Part shown: positions 26,006-38,222 of the stretch, piece after piece | Numbering within the stretch: the first letter of the stretch is position 1 | Layout: every line of letters begins with the position of its first letter | Source: Malacoraja senta | Lineage: Eukaryota | Direction: 5' to 3' | Assembly (NCBI GenBank): GCA_038087875.1 | Contig: CM075995.1 | Span: forward strand, 10,604,001-10,668,000 | DNA length: 64,000 nucleotides | Notes under the pieces: generated by a model | The model's input: only the letters and a program-made list of their open reading frames with translations | Databases searched by the model: none | What the model was told of the DNA's origin: nothing | Position numbers and translations under genes: made by a program

Positions 26006-28582
26006 TTCAAGAGTCAAGTCAAGAGTGTTTATTGTCATATGTCCCAGATAGGACAGTGAAATTCTTGCTTGCTGCAGCACAGCAGATTATGTAAACATAA
26101 TAGATAACGGGCGAAAAAAAGTTCAGTGTGTATATATATACACACATGCGTACATACTCAATAAATAAACAAATGTAGTGCAATAATAATAATAGTCTGT
26201 TGAACTTCAGAGCTTATTTGTTGTCGTGTTTAATAGTCTGATGGCAGTAGGAAAGAAGACAGTTTTCAGGCTCCTGTACCTTCTTCCTGATGGCAATGGT
26301 GAAATGAGTGTGTGGCCAGGATGGTGTGGGTCTTTGATGATGTTGGCTGCCTTTTTGAGACACCGACTTCGATAGATCCCTTCGGTGGTGGGGAGATCAG
26401 AGCCGGTGATGGGCTGGGCAGTGGTCACAACACTTTGAAGTCTTTTTCGCTCCTGGACATTCAAGTTGCCGAACCAGGTCACGATGCAACCAGTCAGTAT
26501 GCTCTCTACTGTGCACCTGTAGAAGTTTAAGAGAATCATCTTTGACACACCGAATCTCTGTAATCTTCTCAGGAAGTAGAGGCACTGATATGGCTTCTTT
26601 ATAATTGCATCAGTGTGCTGGGTCCAGGAAGATCTTCGGAAATATGCAAGACCAGGAATTTTTCAAGTTTTTGATCCTATTCACCACTATCCCATTGATA
26701 TAAACAGGACTGTGGGTCCTCAACCTTCCCAATGTCCACAATCCTTGGTTTTACTGATGTTGAGAGCTAGGTTGTTGTGTTGGCACCATTTGGGCGATCA
26801 GTCGATCTCACTTCTATACTCTGACTCATCCCCATCTGTAATTCGTCCAACGTCGCCGAACTTGATGATGGAGTTCGCACTATGTCCGGCTACGCAGTCA
26901 TGGGTATAGAGCGAGTACAGCAGGGGGTTGAGCACGCAGCCTTGAGGTGCTCCCATACTGATTATTACTGAGGATGATGTGTTTCAGTGAATGAGGAAGA
27001 TGAGGATCCAATTGCAGAGGGGTGCGCAGAGACCCAGTTCCGTGAGCTTGGTAACCAGCTTTTTTTTTCCAAAAAAATTATTCAATTATTATAAAATAAT
27101 ATTACACTACAATAAAACAAACCAGATCCCACCACCATAATACAATACAAACAAATAACCTTAATAAACTACTGTACAATTATCTTACACTCCTTGTCAA
27201 GAATGCATTCAACACCCTGTGGAGCCCAGCATACCGGAAATCCCCCAGGATGCCCGTGGACAGGGCGTATTCCCTTTCTAACCCCACCTGGGCATGGACG
27301 TAACCCCGGAAAAGGGGCAGGCAGCCAACTCGGGTAACGCCCTCCACCGCTTGGTGCTGTACTCACGGATGGCCAGCTTGGCCAGGCCCAGGTGCAACCC
27401 AACCAGGCATCTTCAGCCCTACCCTCTCCCCTACGCACAGGGTATCCAAAGATGAGGATGGTGGGCGAAAAGTGCAGCCAGAAGGCAAGGAGCAGCCCCT
27501 TTAGGTATTCAAACAGTGGCTGCAGCCTCACGCACTCCATGTACACGTGGTACACAGACTCTTCCAGCCCGCAAAAGTGGCAGGCGGCTGGCGAGTCTGT
27601 GAACCGTGAGAGAAACGGGTTGCAGGCAACACCTCGGTGCAATACCCTCCACCCCAGGTCCCCAATGTAGAGGGGAAGAATCCCTGCATAGAGAGACACC
27701 CACCGGGGACCCCCCTCGCGACCGGAAGGCAACACCGGAAGGTAACCAGCTTGTAGGGGATGATTATATTGAACATCAAGCTGTAGTCTTTAAACAACAG
27801 CCTGACGTAAGTGTTTTATTGTCCGTGTTCCAATGCGGAGTGGAGAGCCAGTGAGATCGCATCCTCCGTTGAGCTGTTGTGGCGGTAAGCGAACTGTATT
27901 AGGTCGAGGTACTTGTCGAAGTAGGAGTTGATATGCCCCGTAACCAACTTCTCAAAGCACTTCATCACCACAGACATTAGTGCCACTGGTCAATGGTCAT
28001 TGAGGCACATCACCTTACTCTTCTTTTGCACTGCTTTTATTGATGCCCTCTTAAAGCAGGTGAGAACCTCAGACCTCAGGTTTAAAATGTCCGCAAGAAC
28101 TCCAGCCAGTTGGTCTGCCAGGTTTTGAGAAATCGACCGGGTATACCATCAGGGACAGGCGCTTTCCGAGTGTGCACCCCCCTGAAGGATCTTCTGACCG
28201 GCCACTGTGATTGTGACTGTAATACCATCAGGGCGAATGGGGGCTCGGGAAGGCACATCAGTGTTCTCCCTATCAAAGCGTGCGTAGAATGCATTGAGCT
28301 CGTCATGGAGTGATGCTTCGCTGTCGTTTGAGCTGCCTCCTGATTTCGCCTTGTCGGAGGTGATGGTATTCAAGCCCTGCCACAGTTGCCAAACATCCAC
28401 CTCCCTTTTGGGACAATTCCCTTTTCGCCTTTTTTGATGGCCTTTTCAAAGTCGTATCTGGACTTCTTATAAACCTCTGCGTCACCGGACCTGAATGCCC
28501 GGGATCTGGTCTTAAGCAGAATGCGGATCGCATGGTTCATCCAAGGCTTCTGGTTAGGAAACACTCTGAAGGTTTTTGTTGG
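26006..28582 (-). mobile_element. Second Rex1/Babar-type LINE fragment, 5'-truncated and degenerate
   Basis: FPNQKPWM, ELNAFYARF, DYS..FN.I, FYRCTVESILT and a (CTTGA)-like tail. Confidence 0.85.
27062..27740 (-). mobile_element. Tx1/L1-clade 3' fragment with poly(A)
   Basis: zf-RVT region WRVLHR...CHFC...H....C, poly-T on the + strand, 12-bp TSD GGTAACCAGCTT (27050 and 27741). Confidence 0.85.
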
Positions 28583-28659
28583 AAGGTTCTGACTGACGCT
28601 AAGTTTTAATTAACTTTAATAGTAAGATTAAACGAGAACTTACCAGTTTAAAGTTTGAT

Positions 28660-31600
28660 AGTAAGATTAAACGAGAACTTACCAAGTTTGAAGTTTGACC
28701 TTTATTTTATGAGGAGTAACGTTGAGGGATTACGTGAAGAAGCCCCGTCCAGCCACACACGCGTCAATCTTTCAAAGCAGCGGAGTGACAATCACAGACG
28801 ATAATTACTGAAGTATGATAGTAAGATGCATAAAGACTTAGAACTACCAGCTTGATCTTTTTATGAGGGTGGGAGCGGAGGGCACGTAATCCCTCAACGT
28901 TACTCCTCATAAAATAAAGATCAAACTTCAAACTTGGTAAGTTCTCGTTTAATCTTACTATTTTACTTCGGAGTCACGTGAGTGACTACGTGAAGATTTC
29001 AAAGCTCTGTGATTTCACACCGTGGATTCAAATCCAGGTGTTCACTGCATCGATTGACTCTATTTGAGTAAGCACAATCAACAATGCATAACCACAACAT
29101 TTGAATGTAATCAGTTAATGGTTTTATTTATTTTAATAAAAATAACTAAAATTAGGCCCATTTATAATGGGGGATTTAATACTGTATCCAGCACGGCATC
29201 ACCAAACCCTCCGAGATCTTTAATCTCCTTGTGGTAATACTTGTGAAACATCTGTTCACTTGCCCATCCTGCGGCCGCGAGAATAAGGTCTATTGGCACG
29301 CTGAATCCCTGGCCGCTGATGTTGATGCCGCCCTCATGGAATGAGATTTAAATTTATCAGTATCAATACCTGAATATCTCAACACCTGTTTCAACCATCG
29401 TGAAATTGTTTGTGTTGATACTTTCTTATGAGGCTTTTTATGACTAATAAAAAATGCCAATTCGGCGCCTCTTAAAACTTGTGTTGTTTCTATGTAACAT
29501 TTCACATATGTTACTACACACAGTCGTGAATCTGTAGGTAATGCTAAAAATTCCAACTTGCATCCTGTGGACCCAGGTCTACTTTGCTTCAGAAAATCAT
29601 AGACATAGAATGTCACGGCATTTTGCCCTACTTTCATTCTATCAATTCTGAGTTTCTGTAATGTTTGAACTCTCTGCGCTGAAACTAATGCCATGAGCAT
29701 AACCAATTTCATGGTAATTTTGGATAATGACAGGGTTTCAACTGGATTCCAACTCCTTAGGAACATCAGTACATCTTTTACATTCCAAATTTCTGTATAC
29801 CTGGGTCTGGGAGGATTAGAGTTGAAATTCCTTTCATAAACCTACAGACCCAAGGATGTTCTCCAATTGGAGTTTGTTCTGATTCACTGCTTAAATATGC
29901 AGAGAGTGCACTTCATGCAGTATTAATTGCACTATAACTTAATTTCAATTCATAGTGTAGAGTTGAAAGAAACTCTATTACATCTGAAATTTCTACTGTG
30001 TTATATGCAATATTCTTTCCTGAACAAAACACCTCCCATTTCTTTATATAGGAAATGTACTGCTTCTGGGTACTATTCCTCCAGGCTGCTGTCATAACCT
30101 CCACCGTACGGTCTGATAATCCTTTTCCAAGATATGCCTTCTTAGAATCTGCAAATCAACAAACCAATACGATTATGTAAAGGATGTGATTCATTAGTCA
30201 CAGGGTGTACAAGCAGTTCAATCTGCTTTGGAATAACCATAAGGGGGTTTTTGATCATTTTTAACACCAGTGGGTACCATACCTGTGTAGGCCAATCTGG
30301 TACTACCAAAATCCCTGAGGCTTGAATCTTGTTTAATTTTCTGTATGCATTTGTGGATTAAACACAATGATGGAAAAGCATACAGAAACATACCACCCCA
30401 ATGTAGTGAGAAAGCATCCACCACTACTGCTCCAGGATCAGGTTCCCATGACACATACTTAGTCAACTGGTGGTTCAATCTTGATGCAACCAGATCACTT
30501 TCTGGCATTCCAAATTGTGTGATAATTTGTGTGAATATTTTCCGATTTAACATCCATTCTGTATTATCATTAAATTTACGTGATCTTTTGTCTGCAATTG
30601 TATTAATTTTTACCTGGTAAATATATTGCTGACAGCCAAATTTTTCTGGCAATACCCCAGGTCCAAATTTCATTTGCCAATTTATCACATGATTCTGATT
30701 TTATACCACCCATGTGATTTATGTATGCTACAGCTGTAGTATTGTCAACCTGTACCTGAACATGCACATTTCCCATATCAGTGCAATAAGCTCTAAGGCC
30801 GTAAAATGCGCCTAATAGCTCTAGATAATTGATTCCCAGATTTTCCAGCAAAGGTACTTCATTCACATTCCACCTACCTCCACAGCTGGAAATCATGTTA
30901 GTAGCACCCCAACTCAGCACACTTACATCAGTCTGTAGAGTGACGGAAGGTGTTTCTACCAGAACTTTTCTGGAAGTATTAGAAACATTGTTAATCCACC
31001 ATTCTATTTCTGTAATGGATTGAATTTGTTAATTTCATGGGCCTGTCAAAATGCCCTCTATTCATTTTTAACGCTTGTACCTTAGCTCTCTGTAAACATT
31101 GATAATGCAATGGTCCAAACGTGACCGCTGGAAACCCTGCAATTAATTTGCCACTTCTCTAATTGAAGGCGTGTCCTCGTTAATGGGTTTTATGCAACCT
31201 TCAATTAACTGCAGCTTTTTATCTTTTGGCAAAGTGATTACCATGTGTTCGGAGTTAATTGTGAATCCTAGGTAATCAATCTTTTTGCTTGGTAACAATT
31301 TAGATTTTTGTAGGTGAATAATGAAACCTAATTTCTCAAAATGTATTTGACTCTGGATACTGACAATTTTGCAGCAGCCAAAGTGTCCCCTACAATGAGG
31401 ATATCATCTAAATAAGCCATTAATACATGGCCCTCAGCTCTTAACAGAGCTAAAATTTGGTTTGAGCAATTTAGTGAATAATCTTGGTGCTGAAATCAGA
31501 CCAAGCAGAATAATATGCATTTTGCAGATCTATGCTTACCTTATAGCAATTCTTTGTGACTAGCTAAATGGCATTAGTAAATGTTTCCATTTTGAAATGT

Positions 31601-33564
31601 TTCTATTGTACATAAAGGTTAAGATTTGTCAGATCGGAAATGATTCTATATCCACCATCCCTTTTCTAGGAGAATATTCCTAGGAGAATATTTGACACAA
31701 ACTGATGGTGTTGTTCTCCTGACATTTATATCATCCTTTTCTGTATAAAGTTTTTTCAATTCTCCTTTGATCAACCCATTCTCTTCCTTTGAGAAAATCC
31801 GTGACCAGTTTGAATTATGCTGAATTGGAGGATCCAAACATGGAGAGAACTCAATTTTGAATCCTACAATGCTACATAGAATAAATGAATCATTTGTTAT
31901 TGATTGCCATTCTTTTAGGAAGAATCGTAACCTTCCCCCTATTTGTGAGTGTGAAACATTTGTTGTGTTTCTTACCAGACCAAGCCCCCTAACCTCGGGG
32001 TTTGCCACCGGCAGTTGTTGTCCCCTTCTAGTAGGCACATTGTAACCTCCACATATCCTCGGTGCAGCACGTCAACGTGTATACGAGAATGATAGGATTG
32101 TTCCTTCTCCAGCACCACATTTCGCCTGTAGGGATACTGCCTTCTCACCGCTCTGCTCAGCATAGGTGATCCTTTAGTTTCTTTGCTAGATTTTCTCCAA
32201 AACAGATTTAGGCATTTGTATATTGCATGGTTTGCAGAGCCTGCATACTTAGGATGAATATTTGGTCTTATTGCATTTTTATGAATACAATTTATTTCAA
32301 AGTGCACACTACACATGAGTGCTACATTTTGTTGTGAATACGATATATAACCTTCATCCAAACCACTGACCCCAGAAATTTCAGCACTTGTGTAATTTCA
32401 ATTCTTGTGAGTGTAAACCACTGCTCAAATTACCCATATCAAGTTTATTCACTGCTGTAACTGCTACAATTTCCCGGGTCTCATATTTTTTGATAGTCTC
32501 ATCCATGGTTAATTCCTGGGCTGATGGGAGAGTAGATAATTTATAGTCATAGCTATTTCCTCTCTCAAAGGTTCCCCTGTTACTCTGGGAACAGCAAAGT
32601 TTTGTGCCAGCCTTGGAACATTTTTGGCTCTGATAATGGGCTCTTGTCCTCATTTAAATCATCATCTAAATCTAGATATTCATTTTTATGTTGGGTAATT
32701 TCTGGCTCCCCTGTTTTAGGTAAGTCTCTGCCAGATTTCCCCTGCGCGGGCTCTCTTGTAGGCCCACGGACAGGCAGCCCTGCTTCAGGTGCTGCTGGCG
32801 CTGGCTCAATTCTAGGCCAACGCTTCATTATTTTTACTCTTTATATTTGTCGGTGCTGGCACATTTATCATTGCACGTTTGTGCTGCCTTTTGTTCAGGC
32901 ATTTCTAGTACTGGCTCTCCAATAGGCCAACACATAACTTGCCTTTTTTCTGGCATTTTTGGGCACTGGCTCTCCTGTAGGCCAACCTCTTTAATGTTTC
33001 TGCACAGGCATTCCTGATGGCTCTCCTGTAGGCCACCCTTGTGCCTGTTCCAAGGCACCTCCTGTGCTATACTTCATTGGCCAACACCGACTTAAATCCT
33101 CCTGTGGGGGTTCTTTACAAATCATCTGCCCCATAAGGAGTTAAAACGTTTTTGACCCTTGCAGTGTAATACTCTTTCCTGCCTGAGGAGGGCATACCTC
33201 CGGGTCTGACTCATCCGACCCTACAGGTCGGGACAATTTTTTTGCTGCCACTGACTCCTCTGACTGACGCCCGCTACCCTTAGGATCTGGGGTTTTACTA
33301 CGGTGCGTCCCTGGCCTCTCCTTCCCATTTCTCTATAATAAACTTGTGTGGAGCTCCACCAACAAGTCTAAACGGGAAGGAAACGCTCCTGTAAGTGAAA
33401 AGTAACTCCACTTACCTTCTTTTACTTTTGTCTTACTCACCGGCTGGAGGAACTCCTGCTCCTCCACACACGGTCATGAACGCTATGCGTCTGATCGATA
33501 ATGACGCGTGTGCGGCTGGACGGGGCTTCTTCACGTAGTCACTCACGTCACTCCGAAGTAAAAT
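28660..33564 (-). mobile_element. DIRS-A, full-length and degenerate, inserted in the 3' terminus of DIRS-B
   Basis: Both termini, ICR at about 28883-28995 and ITR pair at 28731-28766 / about 33502-33538. YR AQRVQ/HSMR, MT YAFP, RH INYLELL/VDNTTA, RT YLDD. Confidence 0.92.
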
Positions 33565-35272
33565 CGTTATTTTATGAGTTACGATGAGGGATTACGTGAA
33601 GATCCCGCCAGCCCGCATGCGCGTCAATCTTCAAAGCAGCGGTGTGAAATCACAGATAACAGCTGTTGAACTGAATATAGGAAGATTCGAGAAACTAGAA
33701 CTACCAGCTGAACTTTATGAGAGAGGGTTGGGAGCGGAGGGCACGTAATCCCTCATCATAACTCCTCATAAAATAAAGATCAAACTTCAAACTGGTAAGT
33801 TCTCGTTTAATCTTACTATTTTCAAAGCTCTGTGATTTCATGCCGTGAAAACGAGTCCACACAAGCACAACTGCATCAGTTGACCACAGATAAGGGAAAC
33901 ATTCATAATGCATACAGACATGATATAGATTTAAAACATGCTGATGCTTTTTAATGAACAAATAATAATAATAGTAACCCCTCTCATCCAGGAGGAAACA
34001 ATAAAATAGAACCTAAAATAGAGTTGGCAAATACCCCCGGTCTGGCAATGGATTATTATAAAATGTTTGGAAGCTCATTAGACCATCCTGCAGCCGCTAG
34101 GATGTGGTCCAGCGGAACGTAAATAACCCTTGCTGCTGATGTTGTAGCAGCCCTGGTGGAGTGAGATTTGAAAATATTAGTATCTACTCCTGCATAAGCC
34201 AAAACCCCGTTTTATCCACCTGGAGATGGTCTGAACTGATACCTTCTTATGAGGTTTTTTGTAACTAACAAAAATTGCTAGTATGAGAGCCTCTAAGGCT
34301 CTAGGTAACCTTGACGTATTGTTGTAAATGTGTGACCACACACAACGGAAGGTCCATGTGGTATGCCATGAAACTAGTTTGAGACCTGACGCCCCTGGGC
34401 TGCTCTGCTTAACTAAATCATAAACATAAAATATTATATTATTTGCAGATGTAACCATCCTGTCCAGTCGCAATTTATGTTGTGACTGGACCCGTTGCGC
34501 TGAGATCAGCGCCATGAGGATAACTACCTTATGAGAGCCGGCCCAAAGATAAGGATGTAGCTGGAGTCCCCTGGTGAAGTAGTGTTAACACAATGTCAAT
34601 ATCCCATACTTCCATGTACTTGGGCCTGGGAGAACGTGTTAAAAATATCCTTTATAAACTGGATATCAGAGGGTGAGACCCGACAGAGTGGGTCCCGCTC
34701 GCTGCAGCAAATGTGATGAGAAGGCACGTTTGGCACAGTTAATGGCACTATAACTTAATAGTAAGATTAAATGAGAACTTACCAGTTTGAAGTTTGATCT
34801 TTATTTTATGAGTTACGTTGGTGATTACGTGAAGAACCCCACCAGTGCGCCTGCGCGTCAATCTTCAAAGCAGCGGGGTGAAATCACAAAAAAACAACAA
34901 ACAAAGTAATATAGTTACATAATAAAACGAGTAATTCAAGAACTTCCATCTGACCTTTATGATAGAGAGTTGGGCCGTGGTGGGCACGTAATCACCAACG
35001 TAACTCCTCATAAAATAAAGATCAAACTTCAAACTGGTAAGTTCTCGTTTAATCTTACTTTTTTACTTCGGAGTCACGTGAGTGACTACGTGAAGATTTT
35101 AAAGCTTTGTGATTTCATGCCGCAGAACAAATCCCGGCTTCTCACTGCATTGATTGACTCGGAACGAGAAATCATCAATAATGCATTAATAATAACATTT
35201 GTACCACAAATGCAGTAATTCATTTATTTTAATAATGAAAATTAATCAGATCCCCTTTTAAACCAGAGGAAT

Positions 35273-36253
35273 TTATACAGAACTTAAAATAGTTTCTGCA
35301 AACAATCCCGCATTAACAATAGGCCGATGGTAAAACTGTTGAAACATCAACTCATTGGACCACCCGGCGACTGCGAGAATATGGTCGACGGGGACGTCTT
35401 TCGCCCTGGCCGCCGACGTTGCTGCTGCCCAAGTCGAGTGAGACGTACAAACATTAGTGTTAATACCAGCAGCTGTTAAGACTTCTTTTAGCCATCTTGA
35501 AATAGTCTGTACTGAGACTCTCTTGTGTGGTTTCTTGTGTGTGATAAACAACCCAGTTTCCGTATTTCTCAAAACCTTTGTGACCTCAATGTATTGTAAC
35601 AAATATGCCTTAATACAGAGACAAGGATCATTTGGATATGCTGTTAGCACAATTTTAAATCCCGTCACACCTGGCCTACTTTGCTTTAGTAGGTCATAAA
35701 TGTAGAATGTAACATTATCTTCAGCTACTTCCATCCTGTCTATTTGTAATCTTTGAAATGTCTGCACTCGTTGTGCTGTCACTAATTCCATAAGCATGAC
35801 CACTTTCATACTGAGTTTGGCCAAAGGCAAAGACACGCTTGGTGACCATTCACGAAGTACCTTAAGAACCACACTCACATCCCAGATTCTCATGTACCTA
35901 GGTTTAGGAGGTCTAGAATTAAAAATTCCTTTCATTAGTCTGGAGACAAGTGGGTGAGACCCAATAGGATTTCTTTCTGACTCCACAACCAAATATGAGG
36001 ACAATGCACTTCTGGCTGAATTAATTGCACTATAACTCAAACCTTCATCAAAATAAAGTGTTGACAGAAATTTTAAAACATTTGAAATATCTGCCGTACT
36101 ATATTCAACATTCTTTTGTACACAGAACTCTTCCCATTTCTTAACATAAGAAAGGTACTGTTTTTGAGTGCTCTTCCTCCAGGCTGCCGTAAGCATGTCC
36201 ACAGTACGCACAGACAGTCCTCGCCCCAGAAAAGGCCTTCTTAAAACCTGCAA
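35273..36253 (-). CDS. DIRS-C tyrosine recombinase (open frame, catalytic HxxR mutated)
   Basis: LSYSAINSARSA, AQRVQ, HSTW (R to W; TGG at 35429-35431, consistent with CpG decay), AGW and FY. Confidence 0.88.
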   Translation of the reverse strand: MQVLRRPFLGRGLSVRTVDMLTAAWRKSTQKQYLSYVKKWEEFCVQKNVEYSTADISNVLKFLSTLYFDEGLSYSAINSARSALSSYLVVESERNPIGSHPLVSRLMKGIFNSRPPKPRYMRIWDVSVVLKVLREWSPSVSLPLAKLSMKVVMLMELVTAQRVQTFQRLQIDRMEVAEDNVTFYIYDLLKQSRPGVTGFKIVLTAYPNDPCLCIKAYLLQYIEVTKVLRNTETGLFITHKKPHKRVSVQTISRWLKEVLTAAGINTNVCTSHSTWAAATSAARAKDVPVDHILAVAGWSNELMFQQFYHRPIVNAGLFAETILSSV

Positions 36254-36271
36254 ATTAACAAATCCAAACGA

Positions 36272-38004
36272 TCATATAATGGATGTTGTTCCCCTGTTAC
36301 CGGGTGCAGCAGCAGATCCCTTCTTTTTGGCTTTCATCAAAGGCTGTGTCGTTAATTCTAATATTAAGGGGAACCATGGCTGTGTAGGCCAATCTGGTAC
36401 CACTAGTACCCCTGAAGCAGCATCTTGCCTGATTTTAAGCAAACATCGGCTTATGAGGCAGAAAGGTGGAAATGCATATAAAAACATAACACCCCAATGT
36501 AGCGAGAAAGCATCAATCGCTACTGCTCCTGGATCTGGTTCCCATGACACATATCTAGATAGTTGATGATTTAGTCTAGATGCGAATAAGTCGATGTCTG
36601 GCATTCCAAACCTGATTACTATGTCATTGAATACATCTCGATTCAACATCCATTCTTTATTATCATGGAATTTTCTTGACCTGGTGTCTGCTATAATGTT
36701 CAATCTACCTGGTAGATGAATAGCTGAAATCCAAATATTCTTTTCGATACACCAAGACCAGATTTGATTAGCCATTTTGTCACATGACACCGACTTGATT
36801 CGACCCATATGATTAATATAGGCAACTGCTGTTGTGTTATCAACTTGAACTTGAACATGCAGATTAGTTGTGTTAGAACAGTAAGCTTGGAGTCCATAGA
36901 AACATCCTAAAAGCTCCAAATAGTTAATTCCCCATGTCTGCAGTAACAATGACTCTTCCTGATTCCATCTGCCTCCACAGCTGGATGCCAAATCTGTTGC
37001 ACCCCATCCTAGTGCACTGACATCAGTTTGTGATATCATGGAAGGTTGTTCAATCAGTACTTTGCTGAAACTGCTTGAGACATGTAGAATCCACCACTGC
37101 AGATCAGAAACAGCATTTGTTGTTAGTTGCATGGTTCTATCAAAATGACAGCATGCATCCTCAGTGTCTGTTGTTTAATTCTCTGCAGCTGTTGATAATG
37201 TAATGGCCCGTATTGAACTGCTGGGAATGCTGCTACTAATTTACCCAGTACTCTAGCCACCTGTCTGATTGAAGGTTTTTGCTCGTTTAACAGATTACTG
37301 CAATCTTCAATCAACTCCACCCTTTTTTCTCTGGGCAAAGTAATTTTCATGTGAACTGAATCAATTGTGAACCCCAAATAATCAATTGAGGTGCATGGTA
37401 TTAACCTTGATTTCTTTGGATGAATTAGAAACCCCAAACTTTCAAAAGTGGATTTCACAACTGAAACAGGTGATTCTGTTGACTCTTTTGTCCTTCCTAT
37501 AATCAGGACATCATCCAAGTATGCCATTAGTACATGCCCCTGGCTTCTCAGCAACCCCAAAATTGGTTTTAACAATTTGGTGAATATTCTGGGAGCTGGA
37601 GTTAACCCATTAGGCAGAGCTTTAAACTGCCATAACTGGTTCATCCAGGTAAATTTAAGATACTACCTATCTTCCAAATGAACAGACACTGAATAATATG
37701 CATCTTTTAGATCTATAGTTGCCATATAACATGCTTTTGAAATAAGCTGCTTGGCAGTCACAAACGTCTCCATTTTAAAATGTCTAAATTCAACAAAAGG
37801 ATTCAGACTTGTCAAGTCTAAAATAATCCTACATCCTCCATCCTTTTTTGGTCGAGGGAATACATTTGACATAAATTGGTGAGTTTGGTAAATTGATTTT
37901 TCAATAACACCTTTTTTATATAGGTTTTCAAGTGCAGCTTGAACCTCCATCACTTTTTTTTGTAAAAAGTGGAGAATTCTGCTAGGAACATGCTGGACAG
38001 GCAA
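36272..38004 (-). pseudogene. DIRS-C pol: RT, RNase H and adenine methyltransferase-like domain, frameshifted
   Basis: KKDGGCRIILDL, HFKMET, IDLKDAY, LPNGL..APR.FTK, YLDD, QTDVS, INYLELL, DNTTA, DLFASRLN, YAFPPF. Confidence 0.92.
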
Positions 38005-38222
38005 ATCTTAATTTGGATTGAATTCAATTGAATCCTTGTATACTACTCAGAATTACAAAGTCTGAAGTAATCTGCTTCCAATCTTTATAGAAGAGATGTA
38101 ATCTGCCCCCAACTTTTGGGGTTACTACAGTTAGTATGTTCCCATGAGAACCAGGTCCACCTAACTCAGGTCATTTGAGTGACCTGTGGTCCCTGGATTC
38201 TCCCAGGAGGACCCACGCTGGT

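Noticed and set aside
28620..28700. Tandem duplication of a DIRS terminus
   Set aside because: Better explained as DIRS-A inserted into the DIRS-B tip, which resumes at 33565.
35273..37132. Prophage or bacterial integrase-methylase module
   Set aside because: These are the normal YR and MT domains of DIRS retroelements, linked to RT, RH, ITR and ICR.
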